Positions 25,901-39,700 of a DNA stretch of 64,000 nt are shown here, piece after piece. Location: positions 2,933,454-2,997,453 of the forward strand of contig NW_002060946.1 of the NCBI RefSeq assembly GCF_000150275.1. The letters are read 5' to 3'. The notes beneath the pieces were generated by a model that saw only the letters and a program-made list of their open reading frames with translations, was not told the origin of the DNA and made no database searches. This stretch comes from Trichoplax adhaerens. Lineage: Eukaryota > Animalia > Placozoa. Both the position numbers and the translations under genes were made by a program. Position 1 is the stretch's first letter. Each line of letters opens with the position of its first letter.

Positions 25901-28900
25901 CAGCTTACGGAAGAAAAGCGAAAGAATTTGTTGGTCTTCTTGGTCATATATCTAGTAAAGTATTAGTAGCTAAAAAATTGAATGCGCTTTCCATTAAAGT
26001 TATCGAACTATTAAGAGTTTTAAATGAAAAATTGAAGAATCATCCTAATGCAAGTATCTATAATCAGTTGATGAGTTTTGTTGACTTCGAAGGATATTAT
26101 CTTGAAAGTTACCCTTGTTTAGTTTGCAATAATCCAGAGATTCCATTTAATGTAGTCAAGCTAACTTCACTAAAGGCTGACACTCGTTACACAGCTTCTA
26201 CTCAAATAGTTAAATTATCATGCAGTCATATGATTTCTGCTGTAACAATCCGTATTAGTGACATTAAACGTGCAAAAATGATTCGTACGATTAATATATA
26301 TTACAATACGAAAACCGTACAAGCAATTGTAGAGTTGAAAAACAAGCGCTTATGGGATAAAGCTTTATCATGTCAATTAAATCAAAATCAATCAGAAATG
26401 AAAGTTGAGCTTCCATTACCGGTAGTCGCCACAAATGTTATGATCGAATTCGCAGATTTTTATGATAACTTTCAAGCATCGGCGGAAACCTTGCAATGTC
26501 CTAGATGTAGTGCATCTGTGCCTGCTAATCCTGGCATTTGTAATCATTGTGGAGAGAATGTTTATCAATGTCATAAATGTCGAGCTATCAATTATGATGA
26601 AAGGGATCCGTTCTTATGTAATAGCTGTGGTTTTTGCAAATATGCCAAATTTGATATCAATGTAACAGCAAGACCCTGTTGTTCTGTTGAGCCTATTAAG
26701 AATGATGAGGATCGTAAAAAGGTTATTTATAGTTAACTTCTTTATATAATGTTTACTCTCGTGTAACTAGTTAGATGTGCATAAACTTTGCTATTTATAA
26801 CGATACCCTACTTAAATTACGTTTTTAACATGCAGGTGATGTCTCATATTGACACCTTACTGGAGCGCGCGGATGTTATCTATAAACAATTAGCAGCATA
26901 CAGAACTCCAATAAACGCTTTATTAGCTAAAGTTAGTGAAAGCAACGATACAAAGGATTCGAATGAAGGACACACAAGTTCTAGTACAAGTAGCAGTAGT
27001 GGAAGTCGTGTTAGCAAAACTATCCAGCTTTTATCGCAGAAATACGCCAGTGATTGTAAATCATCCTTTGATGAACTTAGCAAAATTATTCAAGAAATTC
27101 TTATATCACGTAAAGAATTAACAGATTACAACTCGAAGCAAAGCCTTGGTGAACTAAATGTGGATTCAACAAATAGCCAAATATTACTTGGCTCTGACGA
27201 AAGCTCGAAGAATGTCGTAAGTATTCACTCCATTGGTAAATGCTATGGATGTACAGTTGCTGCTGTTGAAAATTGTGTTACAGTTATGAAAGCGTTCGCT
27301 ACGAATGAGATTATGAAAAGTTTGCTTTGTGAGGAAGATATTATTGAAGAATTGATGAAAAATAATTTGCATAGTGGTACAACCCGTATTCATAATACCA
27401 CACGGGAATTGCTATGCCTTTTAGCTAAGGACAACAAATCAATAAGTAAGCAGATAAGTTACATTTTAGAGCGTCGTGTACAGCAGTCGATGTTCAGCCA
27501 TTACACAAAAGACAATTTAGCCGCCTCATTACATCAAGAAATGCGTCTGCTGATTGACACAGTTGATCTTGAAGACTCATGTTGGGAAGATAGACTAAAA
27601 ACAGTAATACGATTATGTTTAGTTGCTTCAAAAACAAATTGTCCTGTAACAATTGAAAATGTCGTTGTCCCGTGTCTTCGAATTCTATCCAAATTAATTC
27701 AGCTCCCTATGTCAACGAGCAGCAATAAAAAGGTTCGAAATCTATTTAATATCGTACTGACTTGTTGATTTTTCTTTCTCTAACATTAATTGTTTATTTT
27801 TCTATGACTTTTCGTAGGGTAAACCTGGGCATGCACTTGTATCTATATCAACGGATGGGCCTGAGGTCTATGTCAATGTAAAGAACTGGCTTATTGATGA
27901 TCATGGTAGAGTTTATGAAAATTGGAAGAAAATGTCGCCATCGAAATTAGCAGTATCGTTGAATAGCACCTCACGCGAAAAATTTCATGAAACTTACCTA
28001 ATGTCAAAATATAGTCGTTTATGGAAGTTTAATATTCAGTTACGGCATGGCAAAGCTGCTTTACTATCATCAAATCAGTTACTTCTATCAGAAAGCTGGC
28101 TGCATGACGTTTTATTTTCGCCTTCACGCTCTGCGCGCCAGATAATTTGTTCAATTTTAGATTCAGTTTGCCAAGATAGCTATGTTTGTCATCGTATCCT
28201 AGATTTATTGACCCAACTACTAGATTATATCGATGATGCCGGTGAAAAGGCAATGGAGTTGTTGCAAACATACAAAAAATTAACTAGACCTCGTCATTGG
28301 AAACTATATTTAGTCGTAAAGAAGTTAATTCCTCGAATTGAAATATTAATGGAAAAAGAAGTGCAAAAATTATTGTTATTAGAAGAATCATCTCTTAGTT
28401 CTGATTTAACACAAGGACTATCATTGAAGATGTTAACTGAGATTCTAATTGCTATTGCGAATCAAGAACAAGTAAAAGTACGTTGCAGGTCACAATTGAT
28501 GCGAATTGTGCTTAATAGCTACTTGTCAATTAGAAGATTGGTAATTCAAAGAACTAAAATTATTGATGAAACTCAGGATTTATTGTTGGAAATACTAGAA
28601 GAACTAGTGGGTGGGACTGAAGATGAAGTGAAAGATTTCATAAAAACCTGTGTCCAAATATTACGTAAATGTCACCCGAATGATATGAAAACTCCAATGT
28701 TTATTATTGAACGTCTATGTAGTACTATATATCCTGAGCCAGATAATGAAAGCGATGAATTTCTCATCATTGTGGATAAAGATCCTCAACAAGAAGATTT
28801 CTTGCAGGGCCGTATGCAGGGAAATCCTTATAGCTCAAGTTCTCATGGTATGGGCCCTTTGATGCGTGATATAAAGAATAAAATCTGTACAGATTGCGAG

Positions 28901-31895
28901 CTTGTTGCATTGTTAGAAGACGATAATAGTATGGAATTGCTAGTTAATAATAAGATCATTAGTTTAGATTTACCTGTGAGTAAAGTTTACAAAAAAGTTT
29001 GGGCTGGCGAAGCGAATAGTCCCATGAAAATAATTTATAGAATGACTGGCCTATTAGGTGATGCTACTGAAGATATCATCGAATCACTTGAGAGCGACTC
29101 TGAAGAAGAAACTGATCTGGAAGAATCTTATAAGTTAGCATCAGTCGTTAGTGAATGTGGCGGTTTAGAAGTAATGTTATCAATTCTTGCAACGATTAAA
29201 AATTTAAGAGGCAGTCACGATCTAGTAAATGCTATTCTGAAATTACTGCAATATTGCATCAACTTGAAATCAATTCGCTCATTTCTGTTAAAGCCATCTC
29301 TTGGAGCATTAGATATTATGCTTGGAACATTAAATCTTGCGCTTGAGATGGTCAAAGAGTCACCTAATGGCAGCGGTGCGGTCATAATCGAAAAACTCGT
29401 CAAAATTATGGAGGCTGTATTACAAGAAGCTGCTACTGCAACTGCAGATGAAACAGAAGTATTACAGGGACGAACTAGTGAGGATGAGCATCAATTAGCC
29501 ACACTGTTGGAGCAAGTATCCAGCAAATACGTGAGATCAAATGAAAACGTTTTTCAAGCTCTGATGAGATTGATTCCATTTGTAACATTTGGAGATGTTG
29601 ACAAAATTCGTATGCTCGTCAATTATTACCTACCGTACCTTGATTTTAAAAGCTATGATGAGCATGTGAACAACGAAGGACAATTTTCTTTAGATTGTTT
29701 CTGCCGCATTGCTGAGAATGTTCCAAATAATAAAAACGGTGAAAAAATACGTGATGTAGCAATCGCAAGTGGAGTCACTCAAAAAGCATTTGTCTATATC
29801 GAAGAATATAATATTGGACAATCAATTTTAGTTAATACAGCGGAAATCAAATTATTACCGTCGCTGCCTTATGTTTTAAGGATGCTACAAGGATTGTGCT
29901 CCAAACACACAAAAAGCCAGTTGCTAGCTGAGAATGCTGTCATCATCAACTTGCATAAGCTGGAACAAGTCTCAGCTGAAGAGCAAATTGGCTCCCTGGC
30001 TGAAAACTTGCTAGAAACTCTTAGTGAATGTTCTTTAGTTGCTAACATGGTTAAAGGAGCTAGACGAAATACCAAAATCGAAAAGAAGAAATTAGCTATG
30101 GCTATGAGAAAGAAACAACTGGAAGCCATCGGACTTAAAACTAATGATAAAGGGCAATTAAAAGCTAAGCCACAACTACTCGAGCAAATGAATGAAATAG
30201 CAGAGGAAACTGGTTTAATCTGTTGCGTTTGTCGTGAAGGATATAAATATCATCCTAAGAAAGTCCTGGGTGTCTATTCGTTTACGACTAGAACAGTTAT
30301 GGATGAATTTGAAAAGCGATCTAGTAAAACGCCAGGATATACTACAGTATCATACTTTAATGTTATTCACTTCGATTGCCATGCTTCTGCAGTTCGACTG
30401 GCTCGGAGTCGTGACGAATGGGAGAGTGCTATTCTTCATAATGGAAATACCAAATGTAATGGACTTCTTCCAATTTGGGGACCAGAAATTCCAGAGTCTT
30501 CTTTTGCAGCGTGCTTAGCTAGTCATAACAATTACATACAAGACTGTACTCATATTGAACCATCATTTCATACCTCAGTTCATGATATAAAACACTTATT
30601 GTTGCTATTTGCTCATGAAAAGTCTTTCAGTCATGAAAGTGGTGGTGGGGGCCCTGAAAGCAATATATATTTATTGCCGTACCTCATTAGTATGACTCTT
30701 TATGTGCTAAACTCGTAAGTATGCTGGATACCTTAAATACACATACGAATACTTGTCTACGTATTCGTAGTGACTATACGAAGTTATCGGTATCAACACT
30801 GTATTTAACCTAAATTAAATTTCAGAACCCGTGGATTGATGAGAGAAGAAAAATCAATGAAAGCATTCGTTAGTACTCCCGAAGCTAAATGGATCGAATC
30901 TGCATATGAGGTTATTATTTGCATGTAAACACGCACTTGTATGTATACTTGCACTCATTAGTCACATGTAATTTATTACAGGTAGATGGAATAATTTTTT
31001 CTACATGTCTTTAAATTCATATTTAATAATTATAGCAATTGTGTTACTTTAACCTATATAGATTGATGGGCCATATTATTACACTATCTTGTCTGTCCTC
31101 GTCTACACGTACAACAATTGGAGAGAAAACCGTATATTGTTCTTAAAAAGGCTGATCATTTGTGCTCATACAAGACATATATCACCGAAAGGAACTTCAA
31201 GGTAATTCAATACTAATTATTTTATAATTTCTTGCCTTTTGCAGTAGTCAATGTATTTGCTAACATTTCTATTTTCATTTTCACAGATTAAGCAATAAAA
31301 AGAAAGCTAAATTTGAAGTTTATAGACCTGTTCTAATTTTCTTTGCCTTGATAGATGGAATATATAAACATTTTAAGGTATAGAAGTATTTTATTTACGA
31401 AAATAATCGCAATTATGGACGTCTTTTTGTAATGTTAGTGTTTTCCTTCTATTTACGGTTGGCAGATAAATTTGTTACCTGGCAACGATGGAATTTGTCA
31501 TAGCTATTTGGAGTATTTACGTTACAATGACGTTGTCGTTAAAGAAAATTGTGATAAAGTAAGAACACCGAGGTTTATTACAACGTTCAGTTATATATTT
31601 GAATCCTATTAATGAGAAATATTTTTAACCGTTTTTTGCTAATACAGCTGTTGAAATTGTACCAAAGAGATTTACTGAATATGGAATCGGTTGAAGAATT
31701 CTTAGACATAACAGGTAAATGACTCAGATGAGGAAGATAATGACACTATATACTTCTGATTTCTTAGTATTTCTACCCAGATACTTGTAGACAATACCTA
31801 AACTTAATCAATCGAAAAATTTTTACTTAGGTTTACAAACAGAAATTGATAATCCGAATGAGTTCTTGACGACCCTCTTAAACTGTATACCATAG
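7927..31895 (+). CDS. UBR4: E3 ubiquitin ligase UBR4 (p600/BIG/Purity of essence), complete multi-exon gene
   Basis: UBR box at ~17206-17498 ([59 protein letters not shown]). Other matches: [26 protein letters not shown]; [16 protein letters not shown]; [54 protein letters not shown]; [19 protein letters not shown]; hemi[14 protein letters not shown]...IHFDCH. C-terminus [21 protein letters not shown] (TAG 31893-31895). The start ATG and individual N-terminal exons are less certain. Confidence 0.97.
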
Positions 31896-32787
31896 TAAAA
31901 TATTTATACAGTAGTATTTAACTAAAATAATGATGATCCGATTTGGAATTACTTCTATAAGCTCGATCATGTTACTTTGATAATTAATAGAAACCGTATA
32001 CCTGCCATAAGAGTGGAAATCGTATTTGATACTGCCAGTTACTATTTTGTAGTCTACCGTATTTTGGGTTGCTACCGTCGAAGTTGTCATTCATGTTTTA
32101 TCCGTGTTACTGAATTTTGTATTTTTGTTGGGATTGTTTCGTATTTACGTTAATGTGAACATTAGTGATTTCTAATGTAAAACTATAATAATCGTTAGCA
32201 CTAAAACTGTTATACATACCAAATACTACAGTAGCGAGAGCTCGACATCTTTGTAATTTTTTTCAAAGTTGTAATATTATATGTTTAATGTATTATCAGT
32301 CTTTTATTGTGATACATTATTGTAAGATGACAAATTCATGTTATATACCAATTGTATATGTAATAAAGAGATTGCTTAACAATGAAAATTACTTTGGAAG
32401 TAATTCCTGTAAATATTAGGGACTGCTAGCAATCGTATACTTGTGGCTCAAAGTAGTAGATTACTCGCATTCCAATCTAAAATATACTCGAATACCTTGA
32501 GTATGACAAGTTTATACTTACATAGAATTTTAGGCAAACTGAAAAGCTTTGCCATCCAACAAATCTATCAGTGCAATCGATAAATGGAAATATTACAGTA
32601 ATTAGCGGTAAGATATTTTTTTAAATTAGGAGACAATATACACTTGTGCAAGTATTAAGTTATCCTATTCCATGGACCATGACAAGAAAACCTTTTAGTG
32701 GTCCGTACCTGTTCCAACTTCTAAGGGCTATATATACATATTACAGAAATATTGGTATATTGATAATCGACTTTTAAAATATAACTA

Positions 32788-34142
32788 TTAGTCTGTTAAC
32801 ACCATCTGACAGTCATCGTGCATCCATACACGTCGACCTGCTATCCAAGTTGACATAACGTTCAAGTTATCATCCAGTACAGTAAAATCGGCGTTGGTAT
32901 CAAAACTTAATGTACCTTGACTATCTGCGATGCCTAACAGTAATGCAGGATGTAATGTTGCAGCTTCTAAAGTTTCAACAACCGTACAACCAGAAGCCTG
33001 ACGAAAATATTTAACACAAGAATCCATAGTTACAACGCTACCCGCTAAGGTATTAGTTGATTCCAAGTATGCATGGCCATCACGAATCTCAACAACCATA
33101 GGGCCTAGTTGGTACTTCTTGACATTTAATCCCATAGCAGCCATGGCATCCGTTATTAAAACAGTGCCTGTTTATCAAGTAGAAAGAAGAGATATATAAT
33201 AGCTAAAATATCCGATTATATCCATGACAAGAATTGAAAACATCATAAAATTAATTATTAATTAGATCACTTTTCTTAACGGTATTTTTTACGACCTGCT
33301 GGGTTAATCCTATGCGCAACTCTTAATCCACACTCATGTATATGAACACCATCGGCAATAACACCATAATAAATAGTTTTACCAGCAGGTACATTATTGC
33401 TAGCAATTAAGCCTATTAAACCAGGATCTCGATGATGAAACGGAACCATGGCATTAAATAAATGAGTAATAAACGAAGCACCACGGTTCACAGCAGTTTC
33501 AGCTTGAGATAGTGTTGCAGCAGAATGACCAAGAGACACGACAACATTTTTTTGTGCAAGTTCTTGAACAGCATCGAGTATGCCTGGTATTTCAGGTGCT
33601 ATTGTTATTAAAACAACATTATCTAAGCTGCCATACGTATTCAATAAGGTTTCCAATCCATTTTCAACTTTAGAATGTATCATTTCGCATTCGTGAGCTC
33701 CACGTTTCAGAGGGTTGATATAAGGCCCTTCTAAGTGGACTCCCAAAACGGTAGCACCATGACTGCCACCCGGTCTCTTTTTGATTCGTGGTAAGATTGA
33801 CTTATACGTTTGAGGAGAAGATGTAACGATTGTAGGGCAATAGGCCGTGACGCCATGTTGTAGTAATCCTTTGCTAACTATTCGTAAGCCATGGCTGATA
33901 TCGATGTCTGGTGAAGAGAAGTCAATCCCGAAAGCACCATTGATCTGGACATCAATAAAACCAGGAGAAATGATGTAATTACAACAATCAATGCGCACAT
34001 CGGCTTGGACCTTTTCATCCCAAAAGAGTAATTTAGGATTTAAAATTCGACCATTTCGCACCCACAAATCCGATCGGATCAATTTGTGATCGCGAAGTAT
34101 ACGGCAGTTTGTAAATTGATAAAGCTTAGGGCGGTCGGCCAT
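32788..34142 (-). CDS. AMDHD2: N-acetylglucosamine-6-phosphate deacetylase, 2 coding exons (34142-33296, 33167-32788)
   Basis: PGFIDVQINGAFG, GVHLEGPYIN, SLGHS, THLFNAM, IADGVH, LITDAMAAMG, TLAGS and ATLHPA motifs; a phase-1 GT-AG intron joins the two ORFs. Confidence 0.96.
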
Positions 34143-34176
34143 GATTGTTTTAAGAGCAAATGATATGCACTTCAAT

Positions 34177-34495
34177 ACTTGCGATTGATAACTTACAATT
34201 AACCAATTATTACTAAATGCAACGTTTAGCTAGACTTTGATGATAGGTGAATACTTGTCCTAGTCAATGATACAGATTTGCAGTTTAAGACGCACGGTCG
34301 ATCATTCACAATGAACCAATTACTATTATAACATTTAGCTAGACTTTGATGATATGTAAGTACTTGTTCTAGTAAGTGATACAGATTTATAGTTGAACAC
34401 TTGCGATTGATAATTTACAATTAGCCAACTATAACTAATGCAACTTATACGTAGACTTTGATGATGCGTGAATATTTACCCTAGTAGATGATATT
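34177..34495. repeat. Three diverged tandem copies of a ~110-bp unit upstream of the AMDHD2 ATG
   Basis: Recurring ...ACAATtAACCAAtTA...TAGACTTTGATGAT...CTAGT...ATGATA at ~34195, ~34308 and ~34417. Confidence 0.8.
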
Positions 34496-35329
34496 ATAAT
34501 TACATTATTAGTACAGGATAACAAAAAAATGCTGTAATCTAGAGACGTGATAAACGTAGTTGCTGTTGTCTAATCATAATTATTTTCAATCGTGTCAATT
34601 GAGGTAATGCAAAATGCTCTAGTCTGATATATCGTAAGTTGGTCTTATATTCTAGGCGAGATCAATTGTAAAATTAAAACCAATTTACGTGTAAGATTTA
34701 ATTAACTAATCGAAGCCCCAGCGTGTGATACTTGGCGTACTTATTTAATTAACTGAGTAAAATATTTCAGATAGGATCGCATGAATTATGCCATCTTTCA
34801 GCTAGAGAAATTAAATTTGTAAATTTCTGTAGGAGAATAACTGATGGATACTCACATTTCAATCCTCACTTGCATCCGCTATGATGGACTAGTAAACTTG
34901 TACACTTTGGCTAAATATTGATGAAGGCTTGGTTGCAGTCAAAATGTACTCCAATTCGATTTCATGGATAATATCAATTGCCCCAAACTTTGAACGCTGT
35001 CGACTACTGGCATCCACCAACGCTCTTCTACTCCTTTTCGTTTTGGTATGATGGAAATACGTACAACAACACTCGGACGGTCGGACATTTGACTTGGTAG
35101 TGATGTAGGTAGTCGATGCTGTACTGCAAGTTACTTATTCTTTCGATATTAAGTACTATTACATGAAATTCTATTCAATTTTATTAAGCCTTGTTTGAAA
35201 GTAGTTATAAAACGCCACAAAATGTGCTTAAATCAGTAGCAGAAATCGAAGAAAGCAAACGTAGAAGATCCATACTAAGTCACTCGGACATTTTCGGTCT
35301 AGTCTATCTTCTTCGCCACATTTGATTCT

Positions 35330-35365
35330 TATACTGTACTCTATTGTACAGTGTACAGTACCGTG
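35330..35365. promoter_or_regulatory. Short ACAGT array, probable AMDHD2 promoter
   Basis: TACTGTAC...TGTACAGTGTACAGTAC directly upstream of predicted minus-strand leader exons. Confidence 0.4.
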
Positions 35366-36772
35366 GTCGTCCCACTGTTGCTGTGCTCTATCTTATTCAG
35401 TAGTTCACGTATTCTTATACCGGTTAAGAAAGAAAAAAAAATGAATTGAGCTACTATAGGCCTTACAGTAATGTTACAAAACACGTCTACTACGTAAACC
35501 ATGAAGAGATGAAGATTCGCAAATCACTATGGGATTTCCTTCTCATATAATATAATCTCCTGCTTTCCAGGGCTGATTTTGACGAGAGCTAGCACCAAAC
35601 GCATCCAATTTAATTATCAACTGGTGCCTTAATTAATATGGTCTTGATTTATGTTATGTCCAGTAGGACTAAACTAAGGCTGTAGTCAATGCTTTTATGA
35701 TAGTCCATTACAGTAATGCGATAGTGTGAAAATTTTTGCGATATTACAGTATTAGTAGATGTAGTGAAGCCCCAAATTAGCTTAAGACTAAAATTATGGA
35801 ATAATGCGAAAATTGATAAATTGTACGCTAGGTTGTAAGACTGCATAAGTTTCTAATTGTGGAAGATGTTTACGGAATGTATTGTAGTAATTGTATTGAG
35901 ATGCTTATATTAAGATTCTAAGATAATAATAGATAGCGCTAATTATGCTAGTACTGTGAGATTTGTATTGAAACGCTTTAATTGGAAGCGCGAATTATGA
36001 ATTGATAGCGTGATGGTAAATTTAGATGTGAACTTGTAACTTAATTGGTAAAATATGATTGTGCTTGAAAGAAAATCATTGTGTAACTAATTATATATAA
36101 ATTGTAAATATTGCTATCGTAATTTAGATAGTCCTTATTAGTTATGAGACGAACCTAATCTTATGTAATATAAAGTGAAGTGTACAAGAAGCTGTAGTTC
36201 TTGCTGTTTTTTGGAGAAGACACTTTATTACAGTAGGGTAGCTGTTTACTGAAGGGAAACTGGAGACGATATTTAGTCATAATTTCCTTGTTGCTTACCA
36301 TTACGCACATTTTTAAAATAATTACATTAATAAATGTATCACCAATAAACCAAAGCATTAGGCCGAATATGAGATAATACCTCAATATACAGTATTTATT
36401 ACTCGTCGAAATTTTTCTTCATTTACGATACTTGGCTTACAGCTATTATTTATTTAGTTACACAAATTATAAATTCATTCAAGTATTGCAAGCAATTCAA
36501 TCATCATTTGGTGCACGGTTGTTATAGACAAGTAGACCCTAATCATAGTTAAGTTAAACAATTATGTATCATTAATCAAGAACAGTCGATAATTTAATTC
36601 TATTCTATTTCCATCGATACAGTGCTAACATAATTACATCGTAAAAAAAATTCAATCGATTCTACGGTGTATCGTATTAGACTATCAATATAGGATTAAT
36701 TAGGATGTTTCTTTTTAAATACAAACACATTTTCCTTTAGTCTAAAGTTAATAAATATCTTATGTCAGGGAA

Positions 36773-39700
36773 TTATGTTGATCCTTGCATATTTTCGATC
36801 TTGCTTATTATATCCTTTCGCCTCAAATCTTGAAATGCATCCAGCAATTCTTTGGTAGTAGCGTTTTTATGTTGACGACGCCAAATCTGTAGAAATGCGA
36901 TGGTTTGATCAAATACCTCACTGTTCTGCCTCTTGATGGGCGAAATGTCAATTTGTGGATCTAATCTAGCTGCCAGCCGAGTCCAATCAGTCCCAATAAA
37001 TTCAGCAATAGTGAAGAAGTAACGAGTTATATCTGCTATAAAAACAACAAATTTAAGTATCAGATTAAGCTATAACAAACAATATCATAATAGCTATACA
37101 TAAACATGATTATTATCATAAGATACAATAATATAGTAAAGTGCTGTTATATGGTATTATTAAAGAGATTATACACTACAAATATGTCTATCTCGTACAT
37201 TACTCTTTAGTTATGCGGGGTTGCATTGGAAACAAGAAAGTAAGAAGAAAATTGTTCTCTTATAATTTGCATAACTAATTTAGATCTTTAGTGAAGCGGA
37301 CGAATTGCCGTCCTTACCATTGATTAAACTATTGTAGTAAATCAAGATAAACTAGATATTTGTAAGTAATGCAGGAATTTGCTTCTATCTGCTCCTAACG
37401 TACGCTAATTGATGCGTATATTTAAAACAAATCTATTGCCATATTACTTGCAACGATAGGAATTATCGACTACATAACGAATTAGATCGGTAGGGTACAA
37501 GGCATTCAACATTATATTGATTCACCATAACATGAGTGATAATTATAATTTACTATAGCATGTTTATCTAATGTAATTAAAAATTTGAAAAGTAGACAAC
37601 TAGCTATCTCATTGACTACAACCTGACTAAAATGTAAATCGAGTAAAACGTTAGTTAACTAGCTTTACCTTGGCCGTTGCTATCACTATGTAACTTTTGC
37701 CGTTTTCGTGGCTTTTGAGCTATTAGATGTATAATTAAAAATTTGAAAATTTTATCAACAACTAATCACCTACCTCGTTGGCTACAAACAGACTAAGATA
37801 CAAATCGAGTAAAATGTTAGTTGACTACCTTTACCTTGGCCGTTGCTATCACTATGCAACTTTTGTCGTTTTCGCGGCTTTTGAGCTATTAGATGTATAA
37901 TCAAAATTTTAAAATTTAATCAACAACTAATCAGCTACCTCATTGGCTACAAACAGACTAAGATACAAATCGAGTAAAATGTTAGTTGACTAGCTTTACC
38001 TTGGCCGTTACTATTACTATGTAACTTTTGTTGTTTTCGCGGCTTTTGAGCTATTAGATGTATAATCACAAATTAGAAAATTTAATCAACTAATCACTTT
38101 CATTTGAACGAAGCTTAACTTAAAATCGACTAGTAAGTACTTTACGAACTATAACATTACATGTCTGGCGCCTATGCTAGCACATATATACTATGATACA
38201 TATACTGCATATAACGCTTTATAAGACAAATAAAATCGAAGAAGGTTATTTAGCAGGTAGCTACAACAATTCCTTACGTGCATATGTAATGTAGACTGTA
38301 GATTGAGTATTTTTATTGACATGGTCATAGTAGTAATAAAATATAACTAGTAATCACATACTTATCATTAATCCATCGTCATAAATCATCCAATCGCTAT
38401 CGAACTGACTTGGAAATAAGGTATTACAATGTTCACAATTAATCATCTGGACATCTTGCAGGGAGCATTTATTAATTGTTCGTGTTAGTCTATTACATTT
38501 ACATCGAACATAATAGTAACATAAAGCATTTTTAAATTTTGGCATCCTTTCATGAACTATCGATGATAGTTTATTTTTAATAATATCCTGTGGACACTTG
38601 TTACGTATCGACTCCTTTATTTTTTGCTCGAGCAGCTTATCAGCTTGATCTTGTTCCAACTTTTGATAACAATATTGTAAACCAATATAGGATTCTTCCT
38701 TTTTGATAATGATATAATGATGATCTTCCTTCAAATAATATTTAGCACACTGGTAATAAATTTCCACTTTTGTGTTATTCCACTCCTTTAAACAAGATGA
38801 TAGAAGGCAGTAATAAATTCCGTCAGTGACGTATGGTATATCTTCAAGCTCAAATCCAATATACAACCAGTCCGATAAATGATACTGTGATAAATCAAAT
38901 GGCTTAGCATCAGGTTGTAATAGATATGGAACGAAATATTCGCATAGAACTTTATTTTGTCCATCTCTAATACCACATACAATATCGTAACTCTCCATCA
39001 AATCAATTATATTTCTCTTAGTATCATCATCTAATTTAAATTCTTCAAGAACATAATCAATATAATTTGTAGATATCCTTCCAGTTTTACGAACTTTCTC
39101 ATATTCATCTTGTTTGTCTAGACTTCCAAATGGATAATCATGTAATTGGATTATAACACGAAATATACGCAATAACCAATCGACATCTGTTACAACAACT
39201 CCTCCATCTCCCACTTTATCACAAAATATAACTTCACCTAAATCGTGTAAATACATTAACATCTTTATTAATTCTTCATCGCTTTCGTATAACCCATATT
39301 TTTTAGATAATAGCGTTACTTGCTGTATTGTCATAATGTTATTAATTTCGTCGGACATAATTTCATTGATCGCAGATGCTCTAACTTCATTATTAGCTTG
39401 ATTATTACCTTGATCAACATGATAACTTACTGATTTATGTAATATTGTAGCCATAATATACCATCGGATAGGAATAGGATTTTTCATAAATGGCACTGAT
39501 TGAACAAATTGTTTCATAACGCTATGGAGTTGAAGACAACACCGCTTACGTTCTTCCATTGTCGATGGACTATTATCTTCAGGATCACAGTTAAAAATGA
39601 TACCAGAAGAATATATATTGCTTTTATAGCTCGGCATTGACGAAATTAATTCATTTCCAAATTTTTTAAATCGATCAATTTTTTCATTTTCATTTGGTAT

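Noticed and set aside
28029-30518. Antisense and alternative-frame ORFs within the large UBR4 exons
   Set aside because: Expected by-products of long coding exons.
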